DNA of 64,000 nucleotides from Myxococcales bacterium (GCA_023248595.1 JAHFEG010000003.1:42051-106050); one strand, 5' to 3'. Counted from the first letter of the stretch, positions 9,699 to 20,425 are shown. Program-made: numbers and translations. The notes: generated by a model not told the origin, from the sequence alone.

Positions 9699-11003
9699 AT
9701 GAAAAATAAAATATTGGTTCTGCTTTTAGTGCTGTCGACGCATATTTTGGTCTATGCCAAGCCTATGATACGCATTGAAGGGGCTCATTTTCGTCCTTTG
9801 CAAATCGCATTACCAGAATTGATGGCCCAGCAAACTGGGGATATGACTCAAGCAAAAGCAATTGCGCAGCAGCTAGCGCCTTTGATTCGTCAGTATTTGG
9901 AGCTTTCCGGTGTTTTTTCTGTGCTCAACCCTAAATCCTATCTTGCTGACCCCAAGAAAGAGGGTTTAAGTCGAGCCTCCATACGCATGCAGCAATGGAG
10001 TGATATTGGAGCAGAAGGTCTTGTGAAAGGTCAGGTTCAGTTAAGCGGAGGGAAGCTTAGTATCGATTTAGCCATTCACCAAGTTGGCATTGCCAAAGAC
10101 AGTGAACAAAAAAAATACATGGTCAATCCTCAGGATGTCAAAAAATTATCCCTAAAGATTAGCCAGGATATTTATCGCTATTTTACAGGGGAAGACAGCC
10201 CTTTTATGTCGCAGATTGTAGCAGGGAAGTCGCTGCCGTCGGGCAAGCAATTGATGCTAATGGATATGGATGGGCAAAATCAACGCCAGGTAACGAAGCA
10301 GTCTAATTTAAATTTATTGCCAACGCTGACTCCTGAAGGTGATACTATTTTATTTACGAGTTACTTGAGGAAAAATCCTGATTTGTTTTCGATTCGAACT
10401 GACGGCACCGACTTGAAAATAATCTCTTCTTATCCGGGTCTTAATATTGGCGCCAGCGTTTCACCAGATAAAAGCAAAATTGCGCTCACGCTTTCTAAAG
10501 ATGGGGATAGCGAAATCTATGTCATGGATCGAGAGGGAAAAAATCCGCAGAGATTAACGCATTCTTATGGAATCGATACGTCACCTTCTTGGAGTCCTGA
10601 TGGTAAACAAATTGCTTTTGTTTCTGCAAGGTCTGGAAATCCCCATGTTTATGTCATGAATGCAGACGGTAGTAATCCGCAGCGCCTAACTTTTCAAGGA
10701 AAGTATAATCAGACGCCACGCTTCAGTCCTCGAGGAGACTATATTGTTTTTACAGGACGAGATGAAAGAAAGGTGTTCGATATTTTTCTTTTTGATTTAA
10801 AAACAAAAAAGATTTCCAGAATTACCCAAGAGCAGGGCAGTAACGAGGAACCATCTTTTTCTCCCAATGGGCGTTTAATTGTATTTACCTCAACCCGCAA
10901 CGCTTTGCGAGATTTGTACCTTAGTAATCTAGACGGCACCTTTCAAAGGCGTCTGACCCAAGATGGTCGATACTGGACCCCCGCATTTGGATCGCTTCCT
11001 TAA
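9699..11003 (+). CDS. tolB: TolB periplasmic beta-propeller protein
   Basis: Signal peptide; repeated SPDG/SWSPDG beta-propeller blades. Confidence 0.85.
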   Translation: MKNKILVLLLVLSTHILVYAKPMIRIEGAHFRPLQIALPELMAQQTGDMTQAKAIAQQLAPLIRQYLELSGVFSVLNPKSYLADPKKEGLSRASIRMQQWSDIGAEGLVKGQVQLSGGKLSIDLAIHQVGIAKDSEQKKYMVNPQDVKKLSLKISQDIYRYFTGEDSPFMSQIVAGKSLPSGKQLMLMDMDGQNQRQVTKQSNLNLLPTLTPEGDTILFTSYLRKNPDLFSIRTDGTDLKIISSYPGLNIGASVSPDKSKIALTLSKDGDSEIYVMDREGKNPQRLTHSYGIDTSPSWSPDGKQIAFVSARSGNPHVYVMNADGSNPQRLTFQGKYNQTPRFSPRGDYIVFTGRDERKVFDIFLFDLKTKKISRITQEQGSNEEPSFSPNGRLIVFTSTRNALRDLYLSNLDGTFQRRLTQDGRYWTPAFGSLP

Positions 11004-11015
11004 GGAGAAAAGCTT

Positions 11016-11726
11016 ATGGCTGAGCGCATGCATCCTATTCCGGCAATGTTTGATCGCATTGCCTATCGCTATGATTTTTTAAATCGCTTTTTATCGTTTG
11101 GCCAGGATATGATCTGGCGTAAAAAAGTGGGCGATTATTTGCCAATACACGATAATTTACATGTATTAGATTTGGCGACAGGCACTGGTGATTTAGCCAT
11201 CAGCTTAATGTCAAATCATGCCAATGTCACAGATGTTGTTGGGCTTGATTTATCAGAAAACATGCTAGAAATCGGAAAAAGCAAAATTACAAAGGCAAAT
11301 CTTTCTAATTGTATTCAATTGAGAAGGGGCGACGCTGCCCATATTGAAATGGGTGATAATTCTTTTGAGGTTATCACTATTGCTTTCGGTATTCGTAACG
11401 TGACAAATGTAGGGCTTGCTCTGTCTGAAATGTATAGATGTCTAAAAATGAATGGGCGCTTAATTGTTTTAGAATTTTCTTTACCGAGTAATCGATTAAT
11501 TCGCGCGTTATACTTGTTTTATTTTCGTTACTGGCTGCCATTGTTTGGCGGGATGATTTCTGGAGATAAATCAGCTTATCATTATCTAAATCAATCAGCT
11601 GAAAAATTTCCTCACGGTGAGGCATTTTTAGAATGTCTTGGTCAAGCAGGATTTAAGAACGCCAAAGCACATCCATTTACTTTTGGTGTGGTTTCTATCT
11701 ACGTTGCTGAGAAGGATGTAGCGTGA
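11016..11726 (+). CDS. menG: Demethylmenaquinone / ubiquinone methyltransferase
   Basis: UbiE/MenG N-terminus MFDRIAYRYDFLNRFLSFGQDMIWRKK; SAM motif LDLATGTGD. Confidence 0.8.
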   Translation: MAERMHPIPAMFDRIAYRYDFLNRFLSFGQDMIWRKKVGDYLPIHDNLHVLDLATGTGDLAISLMSNHANVTDVVGLDLSENMLEIGKSKITKANLSNCIQLRRGDAAHIEMGDNSFEVITIAFGIRNVTNVGLALSEMYRCLKMNGRLIVLEFSLPSNRLIRALYLFYFRYWLPLFGGMISGDKSAYHYLNQSAEKFPHGEAFLECLGQAGFKNAKAHPFTFGVVSIYVAEKDVA

Positions 11727-13078
11727 ATTGGTTTCAGGCCATTCAATCACTAATCGATCGCGTCAATTCCCAAGAAAAACCACTGCAATCAAGGGTCGTT
11801 CGATTAGAGGTCCCTGTTGAACCCGTGGATTTGATTGCGTGGCTTTATTTTCAAAAAAGTGTTGCCAAATTATATTGGTCTGCTCGAGACACAATTTTTG
11901 TGATTGCTGGTATTGGTGCTGCGCATGAGGTCAAAGGTTCTGATTTAAACGAACCACAATTTGCCCAATTGGTCTCTTCATTATCTACTTCTTCCCTTTG
12001 TTATGTCGGCGGCATTCAATTTGGTCCACTTTCAAATTTCAATACTCATTGGCAAGGTTTTGATGGATTCCGTTTTGTTTTGCCATTAATTGAGATCAAG
12101 CAGCAGGGCAATGATTTTACTTTAGCTTGTCATATCAATGCATCGGAAGAAGTTTCTTTTGAGTGCGAAAAGCAGAAAATTTGTGAAGCTTTAAATAAAA
12201 TGAAAATGGGTTCTTTCCCGACTCCCCTAGAGCCATTTGAGTCCATTGAGGTTATTTCTTCCAGCTGTCTTCCTGATAAAGAACAATGGAAGACTCACGT
12301 TGATGCTATTTTATCGAGCATATCAGGAAAAATTTTAGAAAAAGTTGTTTTAGCAGAGCAAATTACCAGAGTTTGCGCTGCGCCTATCGAGGCAATCAAG
12401 CTGATTGCTTATCTGAAAGAGCAAGTTCAATTGGCCTATCATTTTTATTTGCAGTTTGAACAAGGACGAGCATTTTTGGGCGCTTCTCCCGAACGCTTAT
12501 ATTCTAGGGTCCAAAGACGCATGCAGACTGAGGCGCAGGCGGGTACTCGGAAAAGAGGGGTTGATACGCAGGACGACGAAAGATTGGCTATTGAGTTGCG
12601 CGGCAGTGAAAAAGATCGTTTAGAGCATGGCTATGTTTTAAACGAGGTAGAAGGAATATTACAAACGCTTTGCTTGGATTATGGCATTGTAAATCATAGA
12701 GAAATCGTCAAATTTTCTCATGTGCAACATTTACGTAGCCGTTTGTCGGGGATTTTAAAAGAATCTGTAGATGATGCATGTATACTCAAAAAATTGCATC
12801 CGACGTCTGCTGTTTGTGGATTGCCTTCGCAGTTGGCGCGTGAGAAAATTCAAGAACTCGAGCCTTTTGATCGGGGCTACTATGCGGGGGCTATTGGTTA
12901 TTTATCTGGAAAGTCATCGGAGTTTGCGGTTGGGATTCGCTCTGCTTTGGTTCATGAAAACCAACTCATTGCTTATGCTGGCGCGGGTATTGTCAAAGGC
13001 TCTCAAGCAGAAGAAGAATGGCAAGAGATTCAAAACAAGATGAGCTTATTTGCTCGAGTATGCCATGACCGCTGTTAA
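11723..13078 (+). CDS. menF: Isochorismate synthase (menaquinone-specific)
   Basis: Chorismate-binding C-terminal motifs SPERL...GGAIGY..AGAGIV; operon context. Confidence 0.8.
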   Translation: MNWFQAIQSLIDRVNSQEKPLQSRVVRLEVPVEPVDLIAWLYFQKSVAKLYWSARDTIFVIAGIGAAHEVKGSDLNEPQFAQLVSSLSTSSLCYVGGIQFGPLSNFNTHWQGFDGFRFVLPLIEIKQQGNDFTLACHINASEEVSFECEKQKICEALNKMKMGSFPTPLEPFESIEVISSSCLPDKEQWKTHVDAILSSISGKILEKVVLAEQITRVCAAPIEAIKLIAYLKEQVQLAYHFYLQFEQGRAFLGASPERLYSRVQRRMQTEAQAGTRKRGVDTQDDERLAIELRGSEKDRLEHGYVLNEVEGILQTLCLDYGIVNHREIVKFSHVQHLRSRLSGILKESVDDACILKKLHPTSAVCGLPSQLAREKIQELEPFDRGYYAGAIGYLSGKSSEFAVGIRSALVHENQLIAYAGAGIVKGSQAEEEWQEIQNKMSLFARVCHDRC

Positions 13079-14834
13079 TTTTTCATCTAATTTAAATTCA
13101 TTATGGGCTTCTTTAATCGTTGAAGAATTGTTTCGTCTTGGATGCCACTTTTTTGTTTTAAGTCCAGGCTCGCGTTCGGCGCCTTTAACTGCGGCAGTTG
13201 CTCGGAACGAAAAAGTGAAAAGTACAGTATGCTTCGACGAAAGAAGCGCCGCTTTTTATGCGCTTGGCATTGCCAAAGCAACACAAAAACCCGTCGCAGT
13301 GATTGTGACTTCGGCTACAGCAGTTGCTAATTTAATGCCAGCAATCGTAGAAGCGAGCATGGATAGAGTGCCGTTAATTATTTTAACAGCAGACCGTCCT
13401 TTTGAGCTGCGTCAGGTGGGTGCCAATCAAACGATTGATCAAGTTAAAATTTTTGGAAATTATGTTCGTGAATTTATAGACTTGCCACCTCCCGATGATC
13501 GCATCTCGGCACGAGTCTTATTAGGGATAATTGATCAACTTTTTTTAAAATCCCTAAAACCACTAGCAGGTCCTGTTCATCTTAATTGCATGTTTCGCGA
13601 ACCGCTTGAGCCCGACGAAGTGCAGACTTACAACGCTGCATTTTTAACAGATTTGCAAGTATGGCAGACCCATGAAAAACCTCTGACGAAACATTGGTCT
13701 CATCAAAATTATCTAGCAAAGTCAGAACCTGCTCAAATTGCTAATACTTTAAGTCATGCAGAGCGTGGTGTGATCGTTGTTGGCTACTTAAAAGACACAG
13801 CTGCTTTGCCTTTTATTCTTCAGCTATCACGAGTGCTGCAGTGGCCAATTTTAGCAGAAGTCACTTCGGGGTTACGTTTTTTACAAGATCCGATGGTGAT
13901 TCATACCGTTGATCATTTGTTACTTCATCCCCAATATTTTGAACAGAAATTGGATATGGTGCTGCACTTTGGTGGCAGACTAACATCAAAACGCCTGCAG
14001 CAGTTTTTAGAAAATCATAAAGGCAAATCCTACATTTTAGTTGATGATCATTTTGAGCGCTTAGATCCTAATTTTTTAGTGACAGATCGTGTGTATACAA
14101 ATGCTACTTTCTTTTGTCAGGAAGTTTGCGTTGCTATTCAACCATCTGTTTGTGCCGAGTCCTGGGTGCAAGATTGGCAAGAAGGCTCAGAAAAATTAGA
14201 TAAATTATTTTGCCAAATTATCGACGGAAGTGATGAATTAAGTGAGCCCTATGTAGCGAGGGCGATTTCTCAATCTGATTGGTCTACACGAGCGCTTTTT
14301 TTGTCCAGCAGCATGCCGATTCGCGATATGAGCATGTTTGCTTCTGCTGGTTTGGAGGCGCCTATGGTTGGAGCGAATCGAGGAGCCAGTGGTATTGACG
14401 GAATTATGAGTACAGCTTGTGGCTTTGCTGTGGGATTGGCAAAACCAGTGACGTTATTAATTGGAGATTTGGCATTTTTGCATGATGGCAATGGTCTATC
14501 ATTTTTATCGAAAATGACAGTTCCTATGGTGATAGTGGTTTTAAATAATCAGGGCGGTGGTATTTTTTCTTTTTTACCGATAGCCAAAGCGACAGATATT
14601 TTCAGCCAATTTTTTGATACGCCCCATGAACATAGACTCGAAGGTTTATCCCATGCTTTTGCTGTCAAGCATATCAAGGTGACAACGACACGGGAGTTTG
14701 ATCAAGCGTACCAAGAGGCTTTGGCTTGCGGGCAGCATCGGGTCATTGAGGTGATGTCTAACACTGCTCTTAATTGGAAGCATCATGAGTACCTTAAAGA
14801 AAAAGTTATCGAGAGATTGCAGCATTTATGCTGA
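13050..14834 (+). CDS. menD: 2-succinyl-5-enolpyruvyl-6-hydroxy-3-cyclohexene-1-carboxylate synthase
   Basis: ThDP enzyme; MenD N-terminus NLNSLWASLIVEEL..GCHFFVLSPGSRSAPLT. Confidence 0.85.
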   Translation: MLEYAMTAVNFSSNLNSLWASLIVEELFRLGCHFFVLSPGSRSAPLTAAVARNEKVKSTVCFDERSAAFYALGIAKATQKPVAVIVTSATAVANLMPAIVEASMDRVPLIILTADRPFELRQVGANQTIDQVKIFGNYVREFIDLPPPDDRISARVLLGIIDQLFLKSLKPLAGPVHLNCMFREPLEPDEVQTYNAAFLTDLQVWQTHEKPLTKHWSHQNYLAKSEPAQIANTLSHAERGVIVVGYLKDTAALPFILQLSRVLQWPILAEVTSGLRFLQDPMVIHTVDHLLLHPQYFEQKLDMVLHFGGRLTSKRLQQFLENHKGKSYILVDDHFERLDPNFLVTDRVYTNATFFCQEVCVAIQPSVCAESWVQDWQEGSEKLDKLFCQIIDGSDELSEPYVARAISQSDWSTRALFLSSSMPIRDMSMFASAGLEAPMVGANRGASGIDGIMSTACGFAVGLAKPVTLLIGDLAFLHDGNGLSFLSKMTVPMVIVVLNNQGGGIFSFLPIAKATDIFSQFFDTPHEHRLEGLSHAFAVKHIKVTTTREFDQAYQEALACGQHRVIEVMSNTALNWKHHEYLKEKVIERLQHLC

Positions 14835-15594
14835 AGTACATGGACATGAGTCTGCTCCTGGTATTTTGTTTTTGCATGGATTCTTAGGATCCAGTCAGGA
14901 TTGGTCAGAGTTCATGAATACATTTTATCCAGACTTTTTTTGTGTGGCACTTGATTTTCCAGGTCATGGTCAGAGCTTGGAAGATGATGAAGAAATTTAT
15001 GCAATGCCAAATCTTGCTGTTTATATTATTAAATTATTGCAGAAATGGCCTGCAAAAAAATGGGCAGTGATTGGGTACTCCATGGGAGGAAGATTGGCAT
15101 TGTATTTAGCCCTCCATTACTCTGCTATTTTTACGAAAGCTGTCGTGATATCTGCTAGTCCTGGTTTGCAAGAAGAGAACGAGCGTTTTGAGCGAGAGCA
15201 AAAAGATGAATTACAGATTCAGGCACTCTTACAAAGTCCAATGAGCGAATTTTTAAAACACTGGTATCAGCAACCTTTGTTTTCTAGTCTGAAATCAAAA
15301 CTTGGGTTCGAAGAAATGTGGCAGCATCGCCTTAGAAATGATCCAATCTACTTGGCCAAATCGATCAGGTGTATGGGGTTAGCTAAGCAGCCATCTTTAT
15401 GGCAAATGCTTGGGGATTGCCTTGTCCCTCTGCTATTTGTATGTGGTGTTCTAGATGAAAAGTTTTTGGAATTAAATCAGAAAATGTGTCGATTGTGTCC
15501 TCAAGCAAAGTTGAGCGTCATTGCAAATTGTGGACACAATGTTGTCGTGGAAGCGCCAGAAAATTTGAAACAAATATTGCGGTCGTTTTTGTAA
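14785..15594 (+). CDS. menH: SHCHC synthase (alpha/beta hydrolase)
   Basis: LFLHGFLGS and GYSMGGR nucleophile elbow; between menD and menB. Confidence 0.7.
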   Translation: MSTLKKKLSRDCSIYAEVHGHESAPGILFLHGFLGSSQDWSEFMNTFYPDFFCVALDFPGHGQSLEDDEEIYAMPNLAVYIIKLLQKWPAKKWAVIGYSMGGRLALYLALHYSAIFTKAVVISASPGLQEENERFEREQKDELQIQALLQSPMSEFLKHWYQQPLFSSLKSKLGFEEMWQHRLRNDPIYLAKSIRCMGLAKQPSLWQMLGDCLVPLLFVCGVLDEKFLELNQKMCRLCPQAKLSVIANCGHNVVVEAPENLKQILRSFL

Positions 15595-15604
15595 AGGAGT
15601 TAAA

Positions 15605-16426
15605 ATGTCGACGATTGAATGGACAAGCTATGGCGAATATCAAGATATTTTATATTTTAAGTCTGAGGGAATCGCCAAAATTTCGATTAATCGCCCCGAA
15701 GTGCGCAATGCGTTTACACCATTGACCGTCAAAGAAATGTGCCATGCTTTGGATGATGCCAGAGACGATCAAACGATTGGTGTCATTATTTTGACAGGCG
15801 AGGGCGGTTTGGCATTTTGTTCTGGTGGTGATCAGCGGGTTCGAGGTGATTCAGGATATCGTGATGCAGATGGAATTCACCGCTTGAATGTACTTGATTT
15901 TCAAAGACAGATTCGCACCTGCCCTAAGCCAGTGATTGCGATGGTTGCGGGTTACGCAGTTGGTGGTGGGCATGTTTTGCATATGATTTGCGATTTAACT
16001 ATCGCTGCAGAAAACGCTATTTTTCAGCAAACGGGACCGAAGGTAGGTTCCTTCGACGGTGGTTATGGTGCAAGTTACATGGCGCGAATTATTGGACAAA
16101 AAAAGGCGCGCGAAATCTGGTTTTTGTGCCGGCAATATAATGCTGCTCAAGCACTGGAAATGGGCTTGGTAAATACCGTGGTTCCTCTTGAACAATTAGA
16201 AGCTGAAACAGTGAAATGGTGTCGCGAAATTTTGTGCAATTCTCCTTTGGCAATTCGTTGTTTGAAAGCGTCGCTTAATGCCGATTGCGATGGACAAGCA
16301 GGTCTTCAAGAATTAGCGGGTTCCGCAACCTTGATGTTTTATATGACTGAAGAAGGGCAGGAGGGTCGCAATGCTTATTTAGAGCGACGCAAACCAAATT
16401 TTGGACAATTTCCTAAGAGGCCTTGA
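15605..16426 (+). CDS. menB: 1,4-dihydroxy-2-naphthoyl-CoA synthase
   Basis: Crotonase fold with characteristic MenB motifs ([32 protein letters not shown]). Confidence 0.9.
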   Translation: MSTIEWTSYGEYQDILYFKSEGIAKISINRPEVRNAFTPLTVKEMCHALDDARDDQTIGVIILTGEGGLAFCSGGDQRVRGDSGYRDADGIHRLNVLDFQRQIRTCPKPVIAMVAGYAVGGGHVLHMICDLTIAAENAIFQQTGPKVGSFDGGYGASYMARIIGQKKAREIWFLCRQYNAAQALEMGLVNTVVPLEQLEAETVKWCREILCNSPLAIRCLKASLNADCDGQAGLQELAGSATLMFYMTEEGQEGRNAYLERRKPNFGQFPKRP

Positions 16427-16450
16427 GTTCCAAAATCTATTTAGGAAATT

Positions 16451-17329
16451 ATGAATCATATTCAAATTTGGATTTTAGCTGGGCGTCCTAAGACACTTGG
16501 TGCTTGTGTCTCGCCTGTGCTCATGGGTGGAGCTTTGGCTTATCATGATGGCAAATTTTATCTTGTGACATTTCTAGCAACGCTTTTTGCGGCACTTTTT
16601 ATTCAAATAGGAACAAATTTTTGTAACGATTATTTTGATTTTATAAAAGGCGCGGATACCGTTTCTAGATTGGGACCGATCCGGGCGACTCAGGCAGGTT
16701 TAGTAAAACCCGAGCATATGCGTTATGCTTTCGTGGCTGCTTTTTTTTGTGCCACTCTCTTGGGATGTTATTTGGTTTTTTGTGGGGGTTGGCCTATCGT
16801 CGTGATTGGTATGCTTTCGCTTGCTGCTGGTGTGTTTTACACGGCAGGTCCTTATGCGCTTGCTTATGTGGGGCTTGGCGATATTTTTGTCTTACTATTT
16901 TTTGGTCCAGTTGCCGTGCTGGGTACTTATTATCTTCAGACTTTGCAATTTAGCTTGGTGGCGCTTCTTGCAGGTTTTGCACCAGGATTTCTATCGACAG
17001 CAATCTTGGTTGTTAATAATTTGCGTGACATGGAACAAGATCGAATAGCACAGAAAAAAACTTTGGCAGTTCGATTTGGTAAATTATTTGCTCAGTTTGA
17101 ATATGTTGCGGCAATTAGTTGTGCTGCTTTGATTCCTATTGTTCTTTTTTATTTTTTCCACGTACCCCAGGCTGTTTTGTTTTCTAGTGCGATTATTTTT
17201 TTGGCTTATCCCTTGATGAAAAAAATAGTGATCACGGAAAATGCGGAGATTCTCAATAAGATTTTAGGACAGACAGGTAAGTTGACACTGCTCTTTGGTA
17301 TTTTATTTTCGCTTGGACTTTTTTTATGA
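16451..17329 (+). CDS. menA: 1,4-dihydroxy-2-naphthoate polyprenyltransferase
   Basis: UbiA-family multi-TM protein with NDYFD motif. Confidence 0.8.
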   Translation: MNHIQIWILAGRPKTLGACVSPVLMGGALAYHDGKFYLVTFLATLFAALFIQIGTNFCNDYFDFIKGADTVSRLGPIRATQAGLVKPEHMRYAFVAAFFCATLLGCYLVFCGGWPIVVIGMLSLAAGVFYTAGPYALAYVGLGDIFVLLFFGPVAVLGTYYLQTLQFSLVALLAGFAPGFLSTAILVVNNLRDMEQDRIAQKKTLAVRFGKLFAQFEYVAAISCAALIPIVLFYFFHVPQAVLFSSAIIFLAYPLMKKIVITENAEILNKILGQTGKLTLLFGILFSLGLFL

Positions 17330-18435
17330 AAATTTGCCGGGCACGTATTTTTCGCTATGAACTGCCCTTAAGCAAACCTTTGACGACCAAAGAAGTCACA
17401 GAAAAAAAGCGAATAGGTTTGATTTTAGAATTGCAAAGCGACAATCAATTGCTTGCTTATAGTGAAATCGCGCCCTTGCCAGGCTTGCATATAGAAAATT
17501 TAGTACAGGCAGCAAGGCAGCTGCAAGAATTTTTACCGACTTTGATGGGAGATTCGTTAACCGAACACGATATATGGCACATCAGCACAGCAGGGATTGC
17601 TCTGTTTCCATCTGTTTGCATGGGAGTGGATTTGGCTTTGTTGCAGTTATGGTCCAGCTCAAAATCGTTGCCACTTTACCAGTATTTAAATACCAGTACC
17701 AAAAATTCGATTCGATTGCGTGCCTTGATTGATCCAATTCATGATGAAGATTTTGTGAAAACAGCCATGACTTATGTGATGCAAGGCTATCAGACGATTA
17801 AGTTGAAAATCGGTCGAATGTCCTATGGAAAAGAAATTTTAATGGTCAAAAAAGTGCGTGAAGCCGTAGGACCGAACATCGAAATTTGTTTAGATGCCAA
17901 TCGATCTTTAGAATTGAGTCATGCGATTGAACTTGGAAAAGCCTTGAGCCAGCAGAAAATTATCTATATAGAAGAACCCACTCAAAATACAGAGCATTTG
18001 TTGGAATTCTACCGGGCGACTCAAATTCCCATAGCGCTTGATGAGACTTGGCTAGAGAAACCATTGGACACATTGCTGGAAATAAGAGAGGCGGTCTGTG
18101 CACTGGTGATCAAGCCAGGACTAGTCGGAGGGATTAAGCGCCTGAGTGAAGTGTATTCTTGGATGAACAATTGGAGTATTATGCCAATTGTTACTTCTGC
18201 ATTTGAATCAGGTTTGGGACTTTCTCTTTGGGCTCAGTTGCTCTCATTAAGAGATGAAAATGATATGGCGCATGGGCTGGGGACATTCGCCTGGTTGAAA
18301 GAAGATTTGTTAACGCCGCCATTTCGAGCTTTTCGAGGTCAAATTGATATTGAGCAAGTGGAAAAAAACCTGTCTGCATTTCGAATCAAAGAAAGCGCTG
18401 TTTGCCAGCTGGTTTTTACGTGTGAAAATCCCTAG
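17326..18435 (+). CDS. menC: o-succinylbenzoate synthase (enolase superfamily)
   Basis: Enolase-superfamily layout (KLKIG...LDAN...IEEP), men operon context. Confidence 0.7.
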   Translation: MKICRARIFRYELPLSKPLTTKEVTEKKRIGLILELQSDNQLLAYSEIAPLPGLHIENLVQAARQLQEFLPTLMGDSLTEHDIWHISTAGIALFPSVCMGVDLALLQLWSSSKSLPLYQYLNTSTKNSIRLRALIDPIHDEDFVKTAMTYVMQGYQTIKLKIGRMSYGKEILMVKKVREAVGPNIEICLDANRSLELSHAIELGKALSQQKIIYIEEPTQNTEHLLEFYRATQIPIALDETWLEKPLDTLLEIREAVCALVIKPGLVGGIKRLSEVYSWMNNWSIMPIVTSAFESGLGLSLWAQLLSLRDENDMAHGLGTFAWLKEDLLTPPFRAFRGQIDIEQVEKNLSAFRIKESAVCQLVFTCENP

Positions 18436-19144
18436 CTTATTCTTATTTCTGTTTTTATGCCCCAGTGCCCGTATTGAAGCACTTCTACCTTTGGTCCGAG
18501 AAGAACCGTTACCAGTACTACTGGTTCACGGTATTTTTAGCGAAGAATATATTTTGCAGCCATTGCAAGAAATTTTGCGAAAACATGGAGTAGTCAGGCA
18601 AGCAGTCGTCCCCCACGAGTGTTATTTTGGTCAATGTAGTCTTAAAAATGTGGCAGAACTAATTCAGCAAGCTGCTGTCAATTTGCAAAAAAAACATCAG
18701 GTTTCTCAGATTAATATTGTGGCTTTTAGTATGGGCGCTTTAGCGACACGCTATATGATTCAACGTTTAGGGGGTAAAGAATTTGTCCATAAATTTGTGT
18801 CGATTTCTGGACCGCATGATGGAACTTATGTTGCTTATCTTCCTCAGTTTTTAACAGGAATGGGCGATATGCGACCCGGAAGTGATTTAATTGAAGATTT
18901 GAAAAAAGATTTAGATCCTTTTGGTAAAGTACAAGTTTATTCAATTTACACACCCTACGACCTGATTGTGATTCCAAATACAAGCTCAATCCTTCCAGGA
19001 TCTATTGAGATAAGAAGTTTTCCAGTTGCTCTGCATCACCAAATGTTAAAGCATGAAGATGTCTTAAGCGCCGTTGTGCATATGCTTGAGCCTGAATTGT
19101 CTAAACCAGCGCTACATATTGAGAAAGTGCATGTGGCAAAGTGA
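18344..19144 (+). CDS. Alpha/beta hydrolase, lipase class-2-like (oxyanion LVHGIF, nucleophile AFSMGA); start uncertain, probably just downstream of menC stop (18435)
   Basis: HG oxyanion motif and AxSxG elbow resembling Bacillus LipA AHSMGG; embedded between menC and menE. Confidence 0.55.
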   Translation: MILSKWKKTCLHFESKKALFASWFLRVKIPSLFLFLFLCPSARIEALLPLVREEPLPVLLVHGIFSEEYILQPLQEILRKHGVVRQAVVPHECYFGQCSLKNVAELIQQAAVNLQKKHQVSQINIVAFSMGALATRYMIQRLGGKEFVHKFVSISGPHDGTYVAYLPQFLTGMGDMRPGSDLIEDLKKDLDPFGKVQVYSIYTPYDLIVIPNTSSILPGSIEIRSFPVALHHQMLKHEDVLSAVVHMLEPELSKPALHIEKVHVAK

Positions 19145-20390
19145 AATAGGTCCCAGTGAACGCGTGGCAATTTACGGGGCTAACAGCGATGCTTACTTAA
19201 ACGCCTTGCAAACTGTGTGGCGAAAGGGTGGCGTTGCTGTTTTGTGTCCAATGCGTGATCCGGTTTCTGTGATCGATGAATGGTTGGCTTTTGTGGATTG
19301 TCATAAAGTCATCGTGCTCGATGCTGTCGCAGATTCATTTGAGTCAAATCACGCCAAACTTTTTTTTCATGAAGAAAATAGACAACCAAAAGTATTTCAT
19401 TTTCATCCAAGTGCCGGAACAATTTTGCGGACATCAGGCAGTAGCTCTAAACCCAAAAGTGTTTTTCATACTGTTGAGCAGCACGTGGCGAATGCGATCG
19501 GCGTTATTGAGGCTCTTCGTGTGGATGAAAAAAGTCGATGGCTGTTATCGCTGCCCTTATATCACGTGGGTGGGCTTAGCATTGCAGTGCGTTGCTGGTT
19601 GGCGCAGGCCAAGGTGGTGGTCCCGCCCGTCAATTTTGAAATGCAATGGGCAATTCGGGAAGCAGGTATCAGCCACGTGTCGTTGGTCCAAACGCAGCTT
19701 TTGCGTTTGCTGAAAAATCCAAGCGACATAGCAGCATTGCATTTGTTAAAAGCCATTGTGCTTGGCGGTAGCGACATTTCTCCTGAGCTCTTAAAACGTA
19801 TTCAGGAGTTGCATTTACCTGTGGTTAGAACGTATGGCATGACAGAAATGGCCTCGCAAATTACCGCAACAGCACTAAATAATTTTTGTGAAAATTTAGA
19901 TTCATCGGGTCGATTATTGCCAGGGCGCGAACTAAAAATTGGCGAAGATCAAGAAATTTGGGTCAAAGGCCCTATGCTTTTTTCTGGGTACGTAGAGAGC
20001 ACGACAATTTTTTCAAGCAGAGATCCTGATGGTTGGTTTCATACTGGTGACAGGGGTTTTATCGATGACAATCAGGATCTGCATGTTTTAGGTCGTCTTG
20101 ATAGTATGTTTATTTCAGGGGGTGAAAATGTTTACCCTGAAAGTATTGAAAGAGAGCTCTTATCATATCCAGATATTGAAGAGGCTATGGTGGTTGCTAG
20201 ACCCCATGAAGAATATGGCCAGTGCCCTGTGGCTTTTATCAAATTCAAAACTGATGTTGATTTGGATCAAGAAGCATTGGTTGCTTATTTAGAAAAGCGG
20301 TTGGCTAGGTTTAAAATCCCGCGGCAATTTTTACCATGGCCAAGTGATGTACCTTCCAATGGCATTAAGATTCCTCGAAGTTGGTTTTAA
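19131..20390 (+). CDS. menE: o-succinylbenzoate-CoA ligase (start at Met20 of longest ORF)
   Basis: Adenylate-forming enzyme motifs TSGSSSKPKSV, YGMTEM, GDRGF; last gene of men operon. Confidence 0.75.
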   Translation: MWQSEIGPSERVAIYGANSDAYLNALQTVWRKGGVAVLCPMRDPVSVIDEWLAFVDCHKVIVLDAVADSFESNHAKLFFHEENRQPKVFHFHPSAGTILRTSGSSSKPKSVFHTVEQHVANAIGVIEALRVDEKSRWLLSLPLYHVGGLSIAVRCWLAQAKVVVPPVNFEMQWAIREAGISHVSLVQTQLLRLLKNPSDIAALHLLKAIVLGGSDISPELLKRIQELHLPVVRTYGMTEMASQITATALNNFCENLDSSGRLLPGRELKIGEDQEIWVKGPMLFSGYVESTTIFSSRDPDGWFHTGDRGFIDDNQDLHVLGRLDSMFISGGENVYPESIERELLSYPDIEEAMVVARPHEEYGQCPVAFIKFKTDVDLDQEALVAYLEKRLARFKIPRQFLPWPSDVPSNGIKIPRSWF

Positions 20391-20425
20391 AAGCCAAATG
20401 GCAGTGGTCTACTATATGTATACAC

